DNA of 64,000 nt from Raillietiella orientalis. Lineage: Eukaryota. This document shows, piece after piece, positions 59,100 to 64,000 of this stretch. The position numbers were made by a program, and so were the translations under genes. Where the stretch lies: NCBI GenBank assembly GCA_036172245.1, contig JAYWIR010000031.1, positions 2,232,001 through 2,296,000 on the forward strand, given 5' to 3'. Every line of letters begins with the position of its first letter. Position 1 is the first letter of the stretch. The notes beneath the pieces are model-generated. The model saw only the letters and a list, made by a program, of their open reading frames with translations, was not told the origin of the DNA and made no database searches.

Positions 59100-60150
59100 C
59101 ACGTGCCGTGGATTTCCTTTCCTGGTACTTTTCTAAATTGTTTCACTTTTTCCTTGGGCTCGAATCGTTCCCTCCTCGTTCCCACTTCCTTCTCTTCCTC
59201 TTCTTTTTCCCTTCCTTCTCCCCTCCCCTCCGCCCCCTTCTTGGATACTTTCTGCTGGTCTTTGTTGTTCGAATGGTCATCTTCTTCTTCGGCACGGAAT
59301 CTTCCAATCTCGTTCTTGCTTTTCTCAAGCTTTTCCATTTCCCTGCTTAGTTCCCGAAATCGCGAAAAGCAATTCGGAGCCCTTTTTTGTTTGCTTGTTG
59401 ATGGTGGTGCTCGGGTGCACCAAGTTGAAGACGGAGCAAGTTTCTCAAGAGAATAAGGAAGTTTCTTCGAACACTCGGTTGGTTCTACAGAAAGCATACC
59501 AAAAAAAAAAGAGGGATAAAAAAGGGGAGCTTTTCCGACTCTTGGATTGCAGAATCCATTTGACCGAAGCATCTCTATCATAGTAATGGCCTTTTGATGC
59601 CTCATCTTCATGCTTTTTGCAAGCGACAAAGATTCAGTATTTGTATTCCTGTCTGTGCTTCAAGAGTCCCTCAGCCAGAAGATTGAGCTGCTGGTACGCG
59701 TCCTCTTCAAAAAAAAAAAAGAGCTTTTCAACTGTCACTTGGCATCCCGGAGGGAGTGGTGGTTCTGTAATCGTAAGCACCCAAGAGTAGCAGGCAAGCT
59801 ATCCTTGGCAACGGGGGCGCGAGGAATCCCTTCCAAGTACGTTCTGGTTTTCTGCTTCCCATCCATGGAAGACCCAAGAGTTCTTCTCTGGTGGCACACA
59901 GCTCCTGGCATGGAGTCCACATTACTAGGCTTTGGCGCGAAGATGCATCTTCTTTAGTCGGTTGGTCGTCTCGCAATCACCGGTATGAGAATGGAGGGAA
60001 GACGAAGGGAAAGAGGATGTTCCGAAGAAGAACAATAACAACAACAACAACAAAAAATAAAACTCAAGATTGTGGAGGCCGAGAGCTGACCTCTTCAGAT
60101 TGTTGCATGAGTCATCAGCTGACATAACACGCTTGATGATCTGATATTGG
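59100..60150 (-). mobile_element. Additional Tx1-like ORF1 remnant
   Basis: TYLEGIPRAP..LG, MKMRHQKAI..VGKAPLFY..C, followed by a charged low-complexity tail. Confidence 0.4.
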
Positions 60151-60199
60151 AGTTGTACCTCTCTACTAAGAAGGTGCTGTTGTTGTTTCTATTGGATGA

Positions 60200-63120
60200 T
60201 CGTCTTCCAGCGGCAAGGTTTCTCTGGTAGCATTAAATCAGATCTACCACTGAGTTATTGTTAGGGAGCTTTCTTCTTCGATCTTCGATCTCAGTCATTC
60301 TAAAAATAAACTTACCCTAGTCTGAATACTTAGATGTCCGTTAACAACCACAGTGCTTTGGAGAGAGCAGCAGTAAACTTGGTACATTCCTGTGGCTCTC
60401 GGTGACAACGGGTTTTGCTCTCTTGCACAACTGAGACTCAGATGATTGAAGAGTGAGCATTGCCTTCCTTTAGTCGAGTACCTGGATTGTCCAGGGAGAT
60501 TCCTGAGAATCCCATCTAGTTTGAGCAGCAGGCGATTTCCGATTTTCAGTTCGAAGCGAACCTTTACAGGCTGATGATCCATTTCTTTAGCAGAAGCATC
60601 CTAAATCATGGCTCACTTGCCACTACCCTTTGTCGATTTCGATACTCTTCGGGACGGTAGTAGGGCTTCCTGGGTCTGTGGTGCGAGAAATGCGCACTCG
60701 GAGACACCTCGGGAGAATACGCTCTTCCGGGACGGTGTCTCCGACAAGTCACGTACGCGGTAACCGCTCACAACTGATCGTTGCCAACCGATCCATGGAG
60801 CGTTCCACGGTTTCCCTACACTCTATGTTTGTACTCATCGTCCGAGTGACAGGTTCATCAAGACAGATGCATAATTTCTTCTATGGTAACGCCATTTGCA
60901 AACCTCTTCAAGTTTCTGAAAATAATCCGTGCAGTAAGCTGGGGTCCATCCTTTCGAGATGTGCCGTGCATTTCATTGGACTTCTGTTGAGTGCACAAAG
61001 CGATTTGCCAAGACATAATGGCATTTTTCCTTCCGAAGATGATAGTGAATGCTGGGGACTTCACTAGGAGGCTTGAGATTCCTTTCGTCCCGAACTTCGC
61101 GATTGCAGCGCTTATTTTCGAAAATCTTCAAATCAGCTATTCAAGACGAAGAAGATACGCCTCCACTCCACCAGAAACCCTTCATTTATCAAGCAAATCG
61201 TTGATCGCTAGATGTAAAAGAAAGCCATCAAATTACGTGAAACTGCTCGTTGAAAATGGTCACGTGGAAAAACCGAGCCGAGTGAGGAATGAGAGAGTCA
61301 AAAGCGTCTTCCTTCCTTCTCTTCCGTTCATAAACAAATGCTTCAAACTCAATGTGTCCCTCTGTGAGATTTGCATTTATGATTGGTTTGCACATCGGCT
61401 AAATCCAAAGACTTCTCGTAAGCGGATGCCCGCCTCCCAGGCCCAACTCTGTGGTTGCAAACCTCCGCTTATCTTCGAGCATTCCGGATTTCTCGTTATA
61501 AGTTTCTTTCACATCGAGAACGGGAAAATGGGTATCGAATGATCTCGGTATCGGCATCGGATGCTGCCTTGCATAGCGGGCGGAATGATCCTCTCGCTGA
61601 CGGAATTCTCTCCAAAGGCATCCTCACAGGCATGTCGGCCCAACTGCCTACTGAAACACTTTTCACAGCTCGGTGGCAGCCTCTACACGTTTTTCCATCT
61701 TGGCGATGCCTGCGGAAGCAGCTCGTGAAAAATGGTCAAAGGTCATTGTTTCTTAGCTTTGTGTTCGAGCCTGCGTTGGGATGCATGCTGCGCTCTCTTG
61801 AAAGTAACATTAGTCTGTTGCAAAATGCACTTGCGAGAGTTCGTAGAAACGCCATGCACTTTCCTCTTCTTCTGTGCTTGAGGAAAGAGGAAACCAGTGT
61901 CTTGGGAAGCAGAACGTTTCAGCTGCTGTACCGAAAGGCTCCTGAAACCTGGGTTTCTCTGAAACTGACCTTACAGAAATCAAGCTTATTTCATTTCGGA
62001 GCACTTTTCGAACTTTCAGTCAGGAGAGACCTCTTCTTTCTCATCCTCTCTGGTGCAATTCAAGGGAACAGCTCAGACGCATCTCAAAGGTTCTCATCTT
62101 CACTCCGATCAGCCTGCTCGAACAGGAAGTGCTTCAGCAAGTCTCCATCGGATTTGCTGGAGCAAGTCCTCTGTGCTTCTCATCGAGGTCCATTCTCTCA
62201 TGATTTTGCAAAATGCCAAATCACTCGGCGAAAGCTCTTTAGGAGGATTCTGGACCAACCAACCTCTCGTGAGTTTCTCGTGTGCGCGACACGCGATGCT
62301 GGTGTTGGCCTCGGAGCAGCCAGGCGGGAGCGAATCGCGCATCCTGAGAACAGACGTCGGTCGACACCATCGAAGCTCTGCTGAAAAGTCTCAAAAGGAG
62401 AAACCGACACGGATGCTTGAGTGCAGAAGCGTTTCGTTCTACCCGTGCATCTCGATGCTACCGAGTCGGTTGAGGGAGCCAGCCGCATTTCAGCCACCTT
62501 TATTGACAGTTCGAGTGACCCGAGATTTGTTGGTAGCTTGGTGCTTATGTTGCTCTTCCGTTCCTTCGATACACATGCAGCGCTTCATGGTGACCACGCG
62601 GCAATGCGTTCCTGTTTTAATCTGTCAGAGTGTTCCCTTCTCTCTGTATCTGTCTGCGGTGAAGTGCAGCCGATGGGTCTGGGGCGCTCATCCAGAGCAC
62701 AATAACAGCGAATCCCTTAGTGTTTAAGGAAATCAGAGTCTCTCCCCAGAGCACCGAATCCGGTCGGTGGCCTCGAACCTTTGGTGGTTCAAACCGTATT
62801 CTTGCATACAGTTCGACTTTCAGGTGACCTGTCCTCTCCTCCAGTTTGACCTCTCCTCTTGCTTCCTGAGGTGGCGGAGCAGTGGAAATTTTTCACTGCT
62901 CCACTTGTTTGTTCCATCGTCTTTGATTTCCTGATGTCCTTTTTTTTGCTTCCCCTTCTTCCTCTTTCTTTCTTTTTTTCCTGCGTTTTTCCATGAATAT
63001 TTGGGGCGCAGCCGTAGATGACAACGGGTCGGGGAGTCGAAACCGAAATTCTTCAGCCTTGCCAAACCACAGACCTAGCCATGTTTGATTCTCTTTGCAT
63101 CTCTTTCGCTTTCCCTGCTT
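60200..63120 (-). mobile_element. L1/Tx1-like ORF2 remnant (RT)
   Basis: Motifs: NEISL..EKPRFQEPFGTAAETF, FPVLDVKETYN, IINAN..FVYERKRRKEDAFDSL, QRFA**M (YADD position). Confidence 0.6.
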
Positions 63121-64000
63121 CATTTCTGTCCAACTAGCAATCCTGACCGCGTCAGTATATTCGTCATAATGGGATGTTGATTTTGGTACTCTGCTGCCAA
63201 GCTGAGAATTGTCTTGGGAGATTTGAAAAAGATGCGTTGTTTTTGGTGGATTCTGGCGGAAGATGAGCTACTCCTTTGAGCTGGTAGTAAGAAAAATTCA
63301 GTGTCTCATATCACAAAATCAGTGAATTAAATTAAGGATGAATGAGAGGAAAGCAAGTAGTTTTGAATGCCATTTTACAGTATTTAATATTTGTGTTTTA
63401 AATTTACATAAACCTTTAACTTTGTTTCGAAATGGATATTCAGATATGTTCATTTAATTATTGTTTAATTAATTGAATACATACTTTAATTAAGTATATC
63501 TATATTACACCGAGAGTCCTATAAGTATGCCTCAGATGTTGTTTGGCCCTTTGATCTATGGATGCTGTAAGCTTAAACAAAATCGATGAACACGTAATCT
63601 ATAATATACTAACAGTTACTGAAAATGTCAATAGAAATGCATTTTTTTAAATAAATACTGGTAATCAAACGAAAGGAAGCCACGATTGCAACTGCTGCAT
63701 CTTAAGGAATTCATATGTATCCCCCCCCCCTTCCTTTATCCTCCATTGCATGGAAAGACCTGCGAGTGCAATTGAAATTTTCAGGAGCACAGTCGGGCAT
63801 GCGGTTGTCGGCGGAATCAGCGAGATTCGTTCGCGGACGGATCTCTAAGGCGGAAAGATGAAAATCGCGACGGCGCCTTCTGGGGGATTCCCGGATTCCT
63901 AGAGAAAAAAGTTTCCCGGAAACCGGTCGGCTCTTCCGAGGCGAAAGCCGCACAATGCGCGGTCCGCTCCGAGGTTGTAGCCGCATCTCGGAAGAATCCT

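Noticed and set aside
61455..62384. 309-aa plus-strand ORF
   Set aside because: Antisense to LINE RT motifs, with no protein family signal.
58800..63100. Endogenous RNA-virus element
   Set aside because: Ordered LINE RT and ORF1 motifs account for the region.

Overview
This is animal-type (probably arthropod) nuclear DNA made almost entirely of decayed, nested transposable elements. I see no intact host gene, rRNA, functional tRNA or CRISPR array, and nearly all ORFs in the track are chance frames or broken TE frames. Motif remnants read across frameshifts indicate about 10 L1/Tx1-like LINE copies, about 4 R2-group (RLE-type) retroelement pieces, an R1-like LINE and an RTE-like fragment. Also present are a gypsy integrase, three piggyBac remnants, a pogo-like transposase, a mariner fold-back MITE and six copies of a tRNA-derived SINE. 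The main higher-order patterns are: (i) strong minus-strand bias of TE remnants from about 25.6 to 63 kb (candidate uni-strand piRNA cluster); (ii) head-to-tail Tx1-like arrays with a shared junction motif and a covarying 3' hairpin; (iii) an apparent R2-type/CR1-type chimera; (iv) a SINE with a double B-box head and an internal ~44-bp VNTR. Clade calls come from manual motif recognition in degraded sequence. Boundaries are approximate (about 50-200 bp) unless TIRs, TSDs or hairpins are cited.
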